A stretch of DNA of 48,745 nucleotides, counting the filler, from Sphacelaria rigidula (lineage: Eukaryota): NCBI GenBank assembly GCA_964200075.2. It is 2 parts of 2 records of this genome, joined end to end, with 100 filler letters (N's around TTAATTAATTAA, not from the genome) between each part and the next. Parts side by side here need not be neighbours in the genome. Positions count along the whole stretch, not along the records: positions 24,432 to 48,745 come from CAXNAA020000210.1; 1 more part is not named here. The stretch is one strand, 5' to 3'. The notes beneath the pieces are model-generated. The model was not told the DNA's origin. It saw nothing but the letters and a program-made list of their open reading frames with translations, and ran no database searches. Shown here one piece after another: positions 38,401-48,745 of this stretch. Position 1 is the first letter of the stretch. Each line of letters starts with the position of its first letter. The translations under genes were made by a program, and so were the position numbers.

Positions 38401-41400
38401 TGACTATACTAGGAGATGAATGGTGGCCACAGACGGCGAACCAGGAAGGGAGGAGGATGTGCAAATGTTCTTCTGTGTTATGTATGGAGGAAACCTAGTG
38501 AGCGCCCAAATGTTGGAGGTGTCTCGAATAAGACTAGGCACGGTGCTCCGTCTCGAAAGGGACGCGTGGTCAACGGTCAAACGACTAAGGCAAGCGACAT
38601 GGGGTACGCCCCCTCCCCACGTCTCGCCTCCCCGTTCCTACTTGGGCGCTCGTGTGCTGTGCTATGCAGGGGAAGAAGGGATCAGTGATTGGGGACCGCT
38701 TCGAGGTGCAGCAGGACGTGGGATTGGGCACGTTCGGTCGGGTCGTGGAGTGCTACGACTTGAAACGGAAACGCCGCGTTGCCGTCAAAGTGGTTCGCAA
38801 GGTATGGAGCCGGGCGCTTTTTTCTCGCGTGGTGCATACGCATGCATGCATGCACATAACCGGTACGCTTGTAGGTATGGGGTGGAGTTTCGCTCATGTG
38901 CTGTCGGTTCTTGAGGGGTGGCGACACAGGCTCCCTCCGGACCCTCGTGTGTGGTGTACAGAGACTTTTCTGTTATCGTAAATCCAAAACTAACCACGTT
39001 TTGGAGAAGAGATGGAAGGTTGATTTTCAGTTGCTTAGTAAATGTTGGTTGGCGGTTGGTTGTTGGTAGTTTTTTTTGTTATGGTGCCACTTTTTATTTA
39101 TTTGACCGTGGTTGTCGCGGCTTTGTTGCTGTCGGTTCTCATGTCGCTGGTTCTACTGCCTCTGGTTCTACTACCATTCGTTCTCTTGCCTGTGCTCTTG
39201 CAGACATTACTCCCTCCATCCCGGCGTGTCTCTTCCGCCTTTGCCGCGTGTATTCCCCGCGTCATCAACTTGTATCCCCCTCGTCCTCCGGTCCATGTTG
39301 TGTGCCCGCAGGTGAAGAAGTACCACGAGTCGGCGCTGATCGAAGCTCAGATCTTGAGAGACGTGAACACCAAAGAGAGGGCTATCCGCCAGAAAGACCA
39401 GGAATCGCTTTGCGTGGAAATGCTGGGGCAATTTGAGCACGCGGGCCATTGCTGTCTGGTGTTCGAATGCCTGGGATTCTCTTTGTACGACTACCTCAAG
39501 AAGAACAACTACCGGGGCTTCCCAATGAACGTCCTTCGCCCCATCGCTCAAGAGCTCTTGCAGGTGAACTCAAGTGGATTTATTCTTGTTGTTGCTATTG
39601 CTGTTCTTGAGTGAGTTGCAAGTGGTGTTTCTGATTGTGGTTGATGGTGGGAGGTGGAGGTGGAGGTGTAGGCGGAGGCGGTTGCTCTTGAATAGTTGGT
39701 TTGGCATTTGAATTTGCTGTAGACATCTGTCGCGCCCCTCTCTTTTTTTTATTTTCACTTGACACTTGTTCTCCAGTGTTCGCGGTCCTTCTGGCATGCC
39801 ACCACAAAATAACAAGAAAGGATCCACGGAGACCGTGGACATGAGGTTGTTTCAAAATAGTCGAAATTGGCATCTGGGAAAAAAAAAGAGGAGAAAACAT
39901 GAAGCAGTTTTCAATCGAAGGCGAAAGAAAAAAATGTGTATTGTGCCAGCAGTTTAAATTACGAAATAAGCCTTTTTTTTCTCTCTTTTTTCTACTGCCA
40001 CTGTTGTTGAGCCCGCAGTGTGATGCAATCCGCGTCACATTGCTCTGCCCTGTCACTACTCTGCCCGGCCGCGTTACTTGTTTATTCATCATGCAGGCAA
40101 TCGAATTCTTGCACTCGATAAAGCTGATTCACACGGACCTAAAGCCGGAGAATATCTTGATGAGGGACTGGGAGGAGCGCGTGGTTACCCTGGACAGTGG
40201 TACCATCCGAGTCCCAGCGTCGCCGCATATCAAGGGTGAGTCAGATCGTTGGAGAGAAGCAACTTGGATTACTGTCGTGTAGGGAGTGCGCATTTTCCCC
40301 CTCCTGTTGATGAAAATGGATTTGGCTTTAGGCTGTTTTGCATTCTCACGTTATCGTTCTGCTCACGATATAGTACTTCTTATGTGGGGTATGTTTTCCC
40401 ACTTGTGCCCGTAGTTGTCGATTGGAGCTCCCCTCATCTCGTTTTTTTGTTTGTTTCGATGTGTTGTTGTTGTTGTTGTTGTTGTATGTTGTTGCTGCTG
40501 CTGCTGCTGTCGCTGCCCCTGCTGTGTTACTGCTGCTANNNNNNGACGCCTTCCGTGGTCACAGGCTAGCAGAAGAAACCAAAATAAAATAAGATAGATC
40601 CAGAATGAAAAATGTGTGTGGAGTGAAGTAATGATGAAGAAATAAGGCCGTTCGGTTACCGGCACGGGAGAAGAACTGAAGAATTGCAAGGTAACCTGCA
40701 AGTCTTGTCATAATATATGTAGTATTACAGAGAAAATGGCTCACCTCATCATGTGCATTCGAGCAAAATACTCAGTGAAAAACATACATGGGCAGGAATC
40801 ACTAACACCTGCACGCGCGGTATTTTACACACCCCGGACAAAAGATTTTTTTGTCAAAAAATATACCGCGTATAGTATGCAATCTATTGTCTGTTGCAAA
40901 AGACGTAATTGTCGATACTGTACGCAGTACACTTCCTGACTGTGTACTCCATTGTCCAGGGTGTGGTATTTGAACACAGAAGGAAGTTCAGGACAGCACA
41001 ATATTGATTGATCCGATTGATTGTCGCACATTAACTGATCCATGAGGGACCCAGCCGTGGTTTTTATCCACAATATGGACTTGAGGTACCCAAGGTAGAA
41101 GAGCACGAAAACGTGTTGCTAAAGAATGAAGAATAGTAAACGTCGAAAAAGCAAAACAAGGAGAGTAAACTCAGCAAAAACAAACAGGAAAGGAAAGGAA
41201 AGGAATGGAAAGGAGAGGCACGGACCGGAACGGAACGGAGCGGAGAGAAGGCAGAAGAAATGATTGTGATAACCCTGCAAGTCCAGCTGGTATACCGTAT
41301 ATTACGTATGTACATTTCAATACTGCACAAGTCATGATTCGAGACCCTGCCTCCACGTGTCCACGCAGTCATCGATTTCGGGGGCGCCACCTACGAACAC

Positions 41401-44400
41401 GACTCTCACGCCTCGGTGGTAAACACCCGCCAGTACCGAGCGCCGGAGGTGATCCTGGGACTGCGCTGGCTCTATCCGTCGGATCTTTGGTCCGTCGGGT
41501 GCATTATTGCGGAGCTTTTTCTCGGAGATCTTCTCTTCGCTACGGTGAGGACTAAAGATACCCTTACACATGAATAACCTGGAACGTTGACTCCAGTTTC
41601 ACGGTCTATATATCTCCGCATGCACGATGTCCTTCGTGTAATGGTGCTGTTGTAGTGAGCTGGATCTTCCGAGAGACGGGCTCATCTCCAGGAATCCAGG
41701 GTGGCCGCAACTTTTGACGCCGCGGCGAACGGATTTAGGGTTGAACGCGTGGTGGTGCATTGTCATGAGGAAAAGGCCGCTCGTTGCACGCGTCACACAG
41801 TACTGTTTCTCCATTCTTAACTGTATGTTGCGGCCAAACACTCCCTCAAGATACTTGCACGGCAATACCCCCCAATGATGTGACCACGTGCCAAGACGAA
41901 GATAGATGGTGCTGTACAACGTGGTGGAGAAGCTCATCGAATTGTGGGGGCATAAGCACATGCTTGAAGCCGGTGACGGTCTGACTAGTGCATTTTAAAA
42001 TCGGTTGGGGCGGAGTTGAGAATCCGGATCGCGTGGCCCATACTTTTTTTTTCGGAGAAGTACAGTGCCTGATATTTGTCGTCGTGGAAGCATGACGTTA
42101 GTAGAGAAAGTGCGACGACAGTCAGCGTGATGCGGGAGTGCTGGTTCAATCCGCGGTACCAAGCTGACGAGCACATGTATATGCCGGGGGAAAAAATGGG
42201 TTGACTCCTTGACAGTACGGACTCGGCCGCAGGTTGGGGAGGGCCTGAAGCACGTGCGAGAAGAAACATAACGGTATACTGTAGCACTGTTTATTTCTAT
42301 TTCTATTTTTTTTTATTGTCGTTGTTGTCGTTGTTGTCGTTGTTGTTGTTGTTGTTGTTGTTGTCGTCGTCGTCATCGTTGTTGTTTTTGTTATCTCCGC
42401 ACATTAGCTCGATCTCTCGAACCCGTGGTCACAGACGTACACTCGCCTTTCCAGTACCGTTGTTGCTATTCCTTACATGAGGTAAGAGGGTAGACTGAAA
42501 AGCCAGCGGCACATATTCACTTGGTAACTACCATTCAGATCGCTCCATTCTCCGTGGACCCTACTTTTAGGGTACTCGTACTCTAAATCTAAAACCTAGT
42601 AATCGTGCGGTCTGATGTCACGGCTGATCACGCCCACTCTCACATGTTACAACACAACAAGGGTAGGTCGAGTAGAGTATACTCAATTGCGGGGTATTTT
42701 GAAAGTCGTACTTGAAGTACACAAATCGGGGGTAGGGTTTCAGGAATCGCTTTGTAGTTATATTTTGGGTACGACTTCCAACACTCTACCCTAATTTGAG
42801 TACCCCAAGTACGTCTTGTAAAATACCCCGCAATTGAGTATACTCTACTCGGACTGCCCTTGCAACACAATCCAGACAGTACGGTCGAGTACAGTTCCGC
42901 ATCAGCGGGCAGCGCCTTGTACGTTTCACGGAAGACGAAACAGCCAACACCTCAAGTTTTCAGCAGTGTGCGAACAGTACTGCGTGCCGACTGACAGAAT
43001 ATTCTACAGAGACGCACACATCGACAATATCGTAGCTCAGGCAATCCAAACCGTCTTCGCAATGCGTAAACACACCATAGAACAGTGACAGCTTCAGCGC
43101 ATGGGAGACGGCGTGAATGCGGTTGTGCTGCGGTAGAGTGAAACAGGGCATGTACCGTGTATGAATCCTTCGTCTGATTGAACATGTTCTCAATTTTGGG
43201 GGGGTGCCAAGTTTGAACGGTTGGCCTTGATGGCGCTTTTAGTTCACATTGTGTTACCCCTATCTGTGGGTGGGAGGTCTTGCTTGTGTTGCAGGCTTCA
43301 CTCCACTCTCTAGTTTTATCAAGTAAATTCTGTACCGGTACATTGATAAATTTGCCATTATAAAGCGCACATCGCTTTTTGAGACTCCGACAACAAAGCA
43401 AGATAACACAAGATGAAGTAGTCAGGACGAGAGATGTCCAGAAAAATTGAAGAAAAGAAGCCTACCGCCGATTTGGTCGGGGTGTGGTGAAAATAACAAA
43501 TTAGATATGCCAACAAAGTTGGAACCCCTGTAGTTCCGAATTTTATAGCTCATCACTGATGCTTTCCGCAAGCCACGCTGCAGATATGTCGGACTAGGTT
43601 TATTCATGTGCACACCACTTGATCTTCTGTACATGTTGTCTTCCTCCAGCACAATAATCTGGAACACCTGGCATTGATGGAGAAGTGCGTGGGAATGTTC
43701 CCATCCACGATGCTGGCCAAGGCGCCGCGCACGCCTGAGTTCTTCGACGAGTTGACCGGAGAGTGCAAGGGGGCTGTGGAGTGTGATGCGGAGAACCGAA
43801 GGCACATTCGACGCATGAAGCGTCTTCAGGTACGTGTTTCAGACGTGGCGAAGTGACTGCGCTGGCGTGATGTGTGAGAGAAATCACAGCACCATATGCA
43901 GAGGTTTTGAACACAGTGCTGGGTGTGTTTGACGTCGATTGTGTATTTTTCCGTGGATATTTCCAGGAGTGTGTTGGGCAGAGCATTTCCTACATTTGGG
44001 TATTTTGAAAATGTCGTACTCTGAGCACCCGAAAGTTGGGTAGAGTTTGTAGATCGGACCATGGCAACCACACCCTGGCCACACCCCCACCGCGTACAGT
44101 ATGATATCCATTGTCTCGAGATGCAATAGTCAACACTGTACGCAGCGCACTTTTTGACAAAGTAATCTGTTGTTCAGGGTGTGATCGCAACACAATATTC
44201 GGAAGGGTAAATACCCGGGTATTTATCCTACCCAAGTACACCCTTGGATATGTTGTAGGTTGAGGATTGTTGACGAAACTCCGAGAGACCCGCGTGGTGC
44301 GTGGAAAAGCACCTGCAGGTGAGGTGTTGTTGCCTGTGTGTGTACGAGAATGTGTGTCTTTTGTTTGGTGGACATCTCGGGAATGTTGCTTGTTTGGAAG

Positions 44401-45905
44401 TGTAGGCACATGCGACGCATGAAATACTCGTACGCGCGCGTGGTCACGTGTCATATGATCGACGTGTCCGAGTCAAGAAGAAACTCAAACACCCCCTGAA
44501 GAAAAATGAAGCAAACAGAATGTGAACTGTATAGCTTGTGCGATTAAGATAAATGGCTTGGATACGCAAGTGATCACCAGACTACCCTAGGCTATGGCAT
44601 TCACACCTACTACTAGCGTGCGCAAAACGATGTATGTAGGTACAACCCACTTGCTCACGGAAAATGGTCCCGCTTTCCGTGAGTTCCCAGGTACCTACGA
44701 AGAACCCTAAATGAGAGACCTTCGTTTATAAGGTGGCTCAGAGAGTACGTAGTTCCCCTGGATCGGAGGCGAAGGTGCTCAAGTCCGGAGTGCGCAGAGT
44801 ACGTGCCAAACTGGGCTCGTCGCTGAGCAGCATATTTGTCCGTATCATCACGGAAAGCCCATGCTTCATACTCTTTGAGTGTATATGAAGTTGTCATTAT
44901 TGGTGACTCCTCTTTCCCACTACAGGATAAGGGTTAAGTAGGCGAGTAGTGAAACGGATCAGCGTTCAAATCACAGCGTCACGAAGGAGGGGTTGGTGAA
45001 TCTATTGTAGTGTTTGTGTGAGAACATGAGGTGGTGGTGTGCGTATACTAGCAATGCCATCGCGTTGTTTATTGGACCATTGCACTGTATGTTTTCTATT
45101 GAAATGGAACATGGGTGACAGCTTATCGTGATTTATCGTGAGATCTGTGATGAGTTGCGTGATAGTCAATTCGCCGACATTTTTTCAGAGGAGCGAGAAC
45201 GAGGCTACCGAGTAACATGGAAACTGAAAACAGTCACCGATGCATAACTCGGCAGTGTGTAAGAAGACTGCAGCGTCCGTCTCCCCCTTGAGAGTACATG
45301 GTGAGACACCCATGAGGCAGTGTATGAGCCGTGGCTGTCTCTGGAATTGACGATACCAGAGGATAAAGCAACTCATTTGTAGGCTGTCATCCACATGCAA
45401 AATGACTAGTACGCTAAGGGCCGAACAATGTTAGCAAGATGCAGCAAACCCTTATGCGACTCCCCGAACATACCACGGCGCTTCGCCCTTGGTGATAGTT
45501 TGTGCCTGATCCGCCGAAAACCCGGCTTGTCCCGTCCCGGCTCTGTAGGGATGCAAGGTCAACGGTACTAAGACTACGGCATGCAAAATCATGACTAAAC
45601 CCTCGAAAGTACAGGTCCAGAAGATGATGTAGTAGGTAGCAATTTCGACACAAGGTAATCCTTTACCAGAAGACAGCAACTTTTTTATCGAGCACGCTCA
45701 AACATGATCAACTTTCCCTGTAAATTAGTGAAGAAGCAGTACCGCACCCTCCCACCCCCTTCCTGTCTTCCTTCCCCAGGAAATAACGGCACCGGTAGAA
45801 AGCACGGGCATGGGCAGCCTCTTGGAGAAACTTCTCACACTGGACCCCAAGCGACGCGCAACTGCAACAGAAGCCCTGCGCCATCGGTTCTTCGATGGGC
45901 TGTAG
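35452..45905 (+). CDS. CLK: LAMMER/CLK-family dual-specificity (SR-protein) kinase, ~1003 aa. Exons 35452-37458, 38670-38801, 39312-39563, 40097-40235, 41369-41544, 43650-43829, 45780-45905
   Basis: Phase-compatible GT-AG exons give '[34 protein letters not shown]', '[15 protein letters not shown]', '[11 protein letters not shown]', 'VIDFGGAT', '[27 protein letters not shown]', the LAMMER-box variant 'EHLALMEK' and '[18 protein letters not shown]'. Start taken as the first in-frame ATG; stop TAG at 45903-45905. Confidence 0.93.
35626..35772 (+). repeat. Coding tandem repeat, 7 x 21 nt encoding xGGDDRR, in CLK exon 1
   Basis: [49 protein letters not shown]. Confidence 0.9.
38243..38613 (+). 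repeat. ~70-bp direct repeat pair 300 bp apart in CLK intron 1
   Basis: gtgctccgtctcgaaaggga(t/c)gcgtggtcaa(t/c)ggtc(g/a)aacgactaaggcaag at 38243 and 38543. Confidence 0.85.
40463..40537. repeat. (GTT)n/(CTG)n microsatellite next to a 5-N gap
   Basis: Direct reading of the sequence. Confidence 0.85.
40828..40965. mobile_element. MITE, CACACC-TIR family (138 bp)
   Basis: Termini cacaccccggacaa / ttgtccagggtgtg; TSD gtatttta / gtatttga. Confidence 0.8.
42127..42255 (+). repeat. Dispersed repeat fragment; also ~29260-29390 (+), ~27135-27200 (-), ~37711-37760 (+)
   Basis: Shared gatgcgggagtg.tggt...aatccgcg...ggttga..ccttga....cggactcg...gg.agggc. Confidence 0.6.
42317..42385. repeat. (GTT/GTC)n microsatellite
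   Basis: Direct reading; accounts for the poly-Thr pseudo-ORF 42146-42376. Confidence 0.9.
42658..42862. mobile_element. MITE, CAAGGG family, ~60-bp TIRs, 8-bp TSD
   Basis: caagggtaggtcgagtagagtatactcaattgcggggtatttt... is inverted at the right end; perfect TSD caacacaa (42650-42657 and 42863-42870). Confidence 0.9.
44069..44183. mobile_element. MITE, CACACC-TIR family (internally deleted, 115 bp)
   Basis: Termini cacaccctgg / tcagggtgtg; TSD atggcaac / atcgcaac. Confidence 0.78.
45298..45603. repeat. Same family, full copy in the last CLK intron
   Basis: Shared start and shared end (..gactacggcatgcaaaatcatgactaaaccc). Confidence 0.85.
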
Positions 45906-47600
45906 ATGGGTGTCCTCATGGAAGGAACGTATACCACAATATGGGATATAGCAGGCGTCTGCAAAAATGTTGCGGCGCGCCCCTTCGTGTCTCGTGAAAA
46001 TGCGCAGGATGATCACTCGTTCGATGCTTGTGAGGTGGTGGTGTTGGGTTTGCCACAACCTTACAGCAGCAACAGTGTGCGCTTGGTTCTCTGTTCGCAG
46101 GCGACCTACTCGTCGCACTGCGTTGTCTGTATTCTGGATGCAGTCACTGTTGGGTAGAATATGCGGAGAGTGACTGAGGCTCACTTTCGGGCGTTGGGCA
46201 CGAGGGCGTGGAGGGCATTGTAGAGATTATTCCTGTTTTTATCCTGGTGAGGCAGACCATCGTTCATGGTGGTGAGAAGAAGAATCCACGGGGGGGGGGT
46301 GAGCAGAGCATTATCGACTGGATCATCTTGAGTGTGTGCTTCTGCTCAAGTTTCCCCCTTCTTTCTTCCTTTCCCGTGTAGTTCCATCATGTTTTCATGG
46401 GGCTAGGAGGAGCGTAGTTCTCAGTTGTGGAGAAAAATAACGCGAATTGCAGCGCGTCGTGTGTGTTCTTGTGTGCTAGGTGTTTGACGAAGTAGGGCTT
46501 TGTTTCTTGCAAGCGGTGGCAAAAGTATGAAATTATGCTAAAACGGAGGCAAACACACTAGTTGAGTTTGGTAAATAGGGCCTGTGTGGTGACGTCGAGT
46601 TACCTATATTGCAGCTGTGGGATTCTTCCGCAGCGGCGACTTGTGTAATTCCCTTTGCAGGGGCGAATCGCTACTCTAAAAATCGATGACATCCAATAAA
46701 ATGTATTGATGTTGCCTTATTATTCGCGTCTTTCCGGAAACTACCGTATCTCAACCAGCGCCAGGTTTTGGGTTAGAGTAGGGGGTTTGCAAGAGGGAAG
46801 GAATTCGCGTTAGGAGAGGAAAGTTTTTTTTTTTTTCCTGTATATGGCATTCGTCGAGTTTTCAAGTAATGATTATTATGTTCTGAAGTGTCTATTCCGT
46901 TCACCAGTGGAAACGTGATCTCAACCTAGTATGAAAGGAGACATAATCGATTATGCCGTCGACTATACCGTTCAAGCGATGATGAAGGTGTTTGTTGAGG
47001 CGGGGATCTATGATAGACGCGGAAGGCGCACGGCGCGAGTGGTGCGGTCGGTGTAAGCATAGAAAGGCGCATGGTTTTGTGCTGGACCTCCCGGGGGCGT
47101 CATGATGACATTTGGTGTGCCTTTAATACTTGTTTTGTGTGGTTTTTCGGTTGTGAGGTGCTGGTCGGGTGATGTAGTGGTACGTTCGTCCGCTCCTTTC
47201 AGTGCACGTTCGGACGACGCCGTTTTTGATACGGCTACTGTTGCCGTACAACGTATTATGACTCTCCGTTGTTCTGCGCGGTGCTGCGAGCGACGTGTTT
47301 TGTTAATTGTGTTGTTTACGTTCGTGTCATCATGGTGGAATGATGTTAGTTGTAAAACTCGAGTTTTCGTCTGTTCTGCCTATCCGTAATGACGCTATCT
47401 CCTAATCCTGAAACTAACCGAGTATCGGCAGTCGACTGTTTGCCCTTGGCACGCGATCACATACATGATGATGGATAGCTTAGTATCATTTTCCAGGCTG
47501 AGCTGATTTCAACCGAACAGATGATCAACCCTGGCAGTGAGAGAAGTATTCTGTCACCCCTTCACTCCACTCCAAAGCAAGTCATTACACTGAGTCCGTT

Positions 47601-48187
47601 CATGTTGCCGAGGTGAACGTTCGCAATTTCAATTTTTTAGTTTAGAGACCCTGCTGTTCCACTACTTCTATACTGGGCGCAGAGCCCAATGTTCCCACTC
47701 GACACGCGAAGCTCAGCAGAAACAGGGCCGAACTCAGGAACCAAAGATCCACCATAGCAATCAGAAGCACACGATTCTACTGGAAGCCTCAAAACCCATG
47801 TTACCGAGGTAAACGTTCGCAACCTCAATTTTTTAGTTCAGAGACCCTGTTGTTCCACTACTTTTGTACTGGGGGCAGAGCCCAATGTTCCCACTCGACA
47901 CGCGAAGCCCAACAGAAACAGGGCCAAACTCAGAAATCAAAGATCCACCATAGCAATAAGAAGCACACGGTTCTACTCGAGGCCTCAAAACCCATGTTAC
48001 CGAGGTGAACGTTCGCAACTTGAATTTTTAGTTCTGAGACCCTGCTGTTCCGCCACTACTGTACTGGGGACAAAGCCCAATGTTCCCACTCGACACGCGA
48101 AGCCCAACAGAAACAGGGCCAACCTCAGGAACCAAAGATCCACCATAGCAATAAGAAGCACATGGTTCTACTGAAAGCCTCAAAACC
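47601..48187. repeat. Tandem array, 3 x ~196 bp
   Basis: Units start at 47601, 47797 and 47993 (catgtt(g/a)ccgaggt(g/a)aacgttcgcaa...) and are highly similar to each other. Confidence 0.93.
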
Positions 48188-48745
48188 TCGGCAGTCAAAG
48201 GGCCGGTTGACAGAGTCGAAGATCCCAATTTTCCGTGTGACATCTGTTGGCGTCCAGGAGGGGCTTGCTTATTCGCCCGCTACCCCCTTGTCAAAGCGTG
48301 TCGAAGCGTCCCTTGGCTGCAATTTATTCGTGTACTTATCCTGAGTCGTCGTTTTATGTCGGTATGAAACCTCATGAGCCTTGTGCAGTTCCAATTTTAC
48401 GAAGTGAAGTCGGTTTCTAGTGCGGGTAAAAATTCGACTAAGTGGTTTTTTGCGACTCCGTTTTTGCGTCAGGATTCTCACGACCTGATTCTTGCGATCG
48501 GATTCTTGCGATCATTTTTTTGGTAGATTTTTCCAGCCTAAAACCCCTATCGATTTCGTTTTTGGGCATGACTTCGTCAAACGGACACCAAACGTATCCT
48601 GCTCCAAGGGGCACCTGGACAAACAGCAGTTGCCGCTGCCTACCAAGTATCATCCTCCAAATCAAAGGCTTGGATGAGAAGTGTGACGGCGGATATTAAT
48701 CGCTTAAATAGAAGGCGTTCTCGATGCGCGTGATATGGGCAATAG

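Noticed and set aside
41600-42125. Possible retroelement coding remnant in CLK intron 5
   Set aside because: The frames I read contain stops, and no RT, endonuclease or integrase motif could be identified by eye. blastx would be needed.
47637-48243. Three similar ~60-aa ORFs suggesting a repeat protein or a CRISPR-like array
   Set aside because: The 196-nt unit is not a multiple of 3, each ORF ends in a stop, many differences are non-synonymous, and there are no unique spacers. The GT-AG segment on the plus strand is only 28 nt.
1-48745. rRNA, tRNA, CRISPR arrays, prokaryotic operons, intact transposases or viral genes
   Set aside because: None recognisable. The sequence is explained by spliced eukaryotic genes and non-autonomous repeats.

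Overview
Eukaryotic, intron-rich genomic DNA. Gene style and repeat content suggest a stramenopile, most likely a brown alga (inference). Most ORFs in the supplied track are spurious, so genes were rebuilt by hand from GT-AG junctions and codon phase. An artificial 100-nt linker (N44-TTAATTAATTAA-N44, 24332-24431) joins two contigs. Left contig: the 3' 18 exons (~778 aa) of a minus-strand VPS13-family lipid-transfer gene (3500-23503), whose last ~150 aa form an extra domain with an actinoporin-like pattern, plus a candidate small orphan spliced gene (105-2389, minus). Right contig: a 5'-incomplete nucleoredoxin/tryparedoxin-like gene (WCPPC; 25812-28431, plus), a complete 7-exon LAMMER/CLK kinase with a 669-codon Gly/Arg/Ser-rich first exon (35452-45905, plus), and a possible divergent spliced orphan or lncRNA. 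Introns and intergenic DNA are packed with non-autonomous repeats: MITEs with 8-bp or TA target duplications (one nested), long foldback palindromes, a TIR-less ~310-bp family, SINE-like tails and a 3x196-bp tandem array. No rRNA, tRNA, CRISPR array or intact transposase was found.
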